Assembly: GCF_030684315.1 (NCBI RefSeq)
Contig: NC_081354.1
Coordinates: 168,954,745-169,018,744 of the forward strand
DNA: 64,000 nt
Reading direction: 5' to 3'
DNA from: Stegostoma tigrinum
Taxonomy: Eukaryota
Part shown: positions 63,396 to 64,000 of the stretch, piece by piece
Layout: each line of letters starts with the position of its first letter
Numbering within the stretch: the first letter of the stretch is position 1
Translations under genes and position numbers: made by a program
The notes under the pieces: generated by a model
Told to the model about the DNA's origin: nothing
Database searches by the model: none
What the model saw: only the letters and a program-made list of their open reading frames with translations

Positions 63396-64000
63396 GCCCT
63401 GACAGAAAACTCAATGCAGAAGGTATTCCTGACAGAAGAATCGATGGAGAAGACACAAAGCATTCCAGAAGATATTGAGAGACCAAATTCTTTCTTTATT
63501 ATTATAATTGGGATTTATATTTTTGGAACAGATTACCATTAGAATCTTGCTTTATTTGGGAACAGTTAGTAGTTAGAAGGCGTTTATTCAGTTTGCTAAC
63601 AGTTTAGTTAACTTTTTCACTGTTAGAGTTAGATAAATAAGTTGTTACTTTTGCTTTTACAGTGATTGTCAGGGCTTTATTTTGTTAACCACTGGAAGTT
63701 GCTGAAAGGCAGGTTGCATCACTTTCATACTCCTTTTACAGATTATAGGGCAAAGTGCCCCCTTGGGTGTTTCGGTTTTAATTGTCGGGTGGGGGGTCAA
63801 CCTCCACTTTATAACACTTCCACAAATATATGGTAGGACTAAAACAATTTCTTAAATTGGGTGAGAACATGCCTTAAATCCCAACTAAACCTCCTGGCCT
63901 CTACCTCAACCCATGTCCTATGGTGATTGATCCCTCTACCAAGGAGACAAGTTTCTTTCTATTTAGCCTAGCTGTGCCATTCATAATATTGTACACCTCA

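Larger units (their letters stand above)
57886..63816 (+). mobile_element. Decayed Ty3/Gypsy LTR retrotransposon, Gmr1-like domain order; RT/RNaseH lost
   Basis: 5' LTR TGTTA..TAACA 57886-58790 and partial 3' LTR ~63400-63816 share the end CAACCTCCACTTTATAACA. Zinc knuckle CNKVGHRKSQC at ~60720. Integrase core YHPESQ..DWDK.IPF.L.AIR..TPFELIFG (61953-62201) and C-terminal F..GDKVL.LLP region (62301-62498). Many stops and frameshifts. Confidence 0.85.

Overview
Repeat-dense eukaryotic DNA from a cartilaginous fish (shark), inferred from HE1-like SINEs, HER1/CR1 LINEs and Penelope-like elements. One host gene can be reconstructed on the minus strand: a CD8 beta chain (CD8B)-like gene. Its exons are leader (50125-50170), Ig V domain (49038-49385), hinge (48120-48227), transmembrane (43800-43898) and cytoplasmic (43510-43546), all with GT/AG boundaries and matching phases, plus a probable short last exon (40414-40438). 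The tail carries a CxH (CPH) motif. The rest is mostly CR1 fragments, SINEs, a decayed Gmr1-type Gypsy element (57886-63816) and many Penelope-like element (PLE) copies. The most notable non-coding signal is three short PLE-related repeat families. Each carries a minimal hammerhead-ribozyme core with covarying stems and a palindromic stem III, and many copies are inserted as fold-back hairpins with target-site duplications, several inside CD8B introns. Also seen: a perfect 35-bp inverted repeat in unique DNA (1730-1764 and 2547-2581), two CpG-retaining domains, and a candidate alternative exon for a soluble CD8beta. Repeat boundaries are approximate, read by eye; no database search was run.
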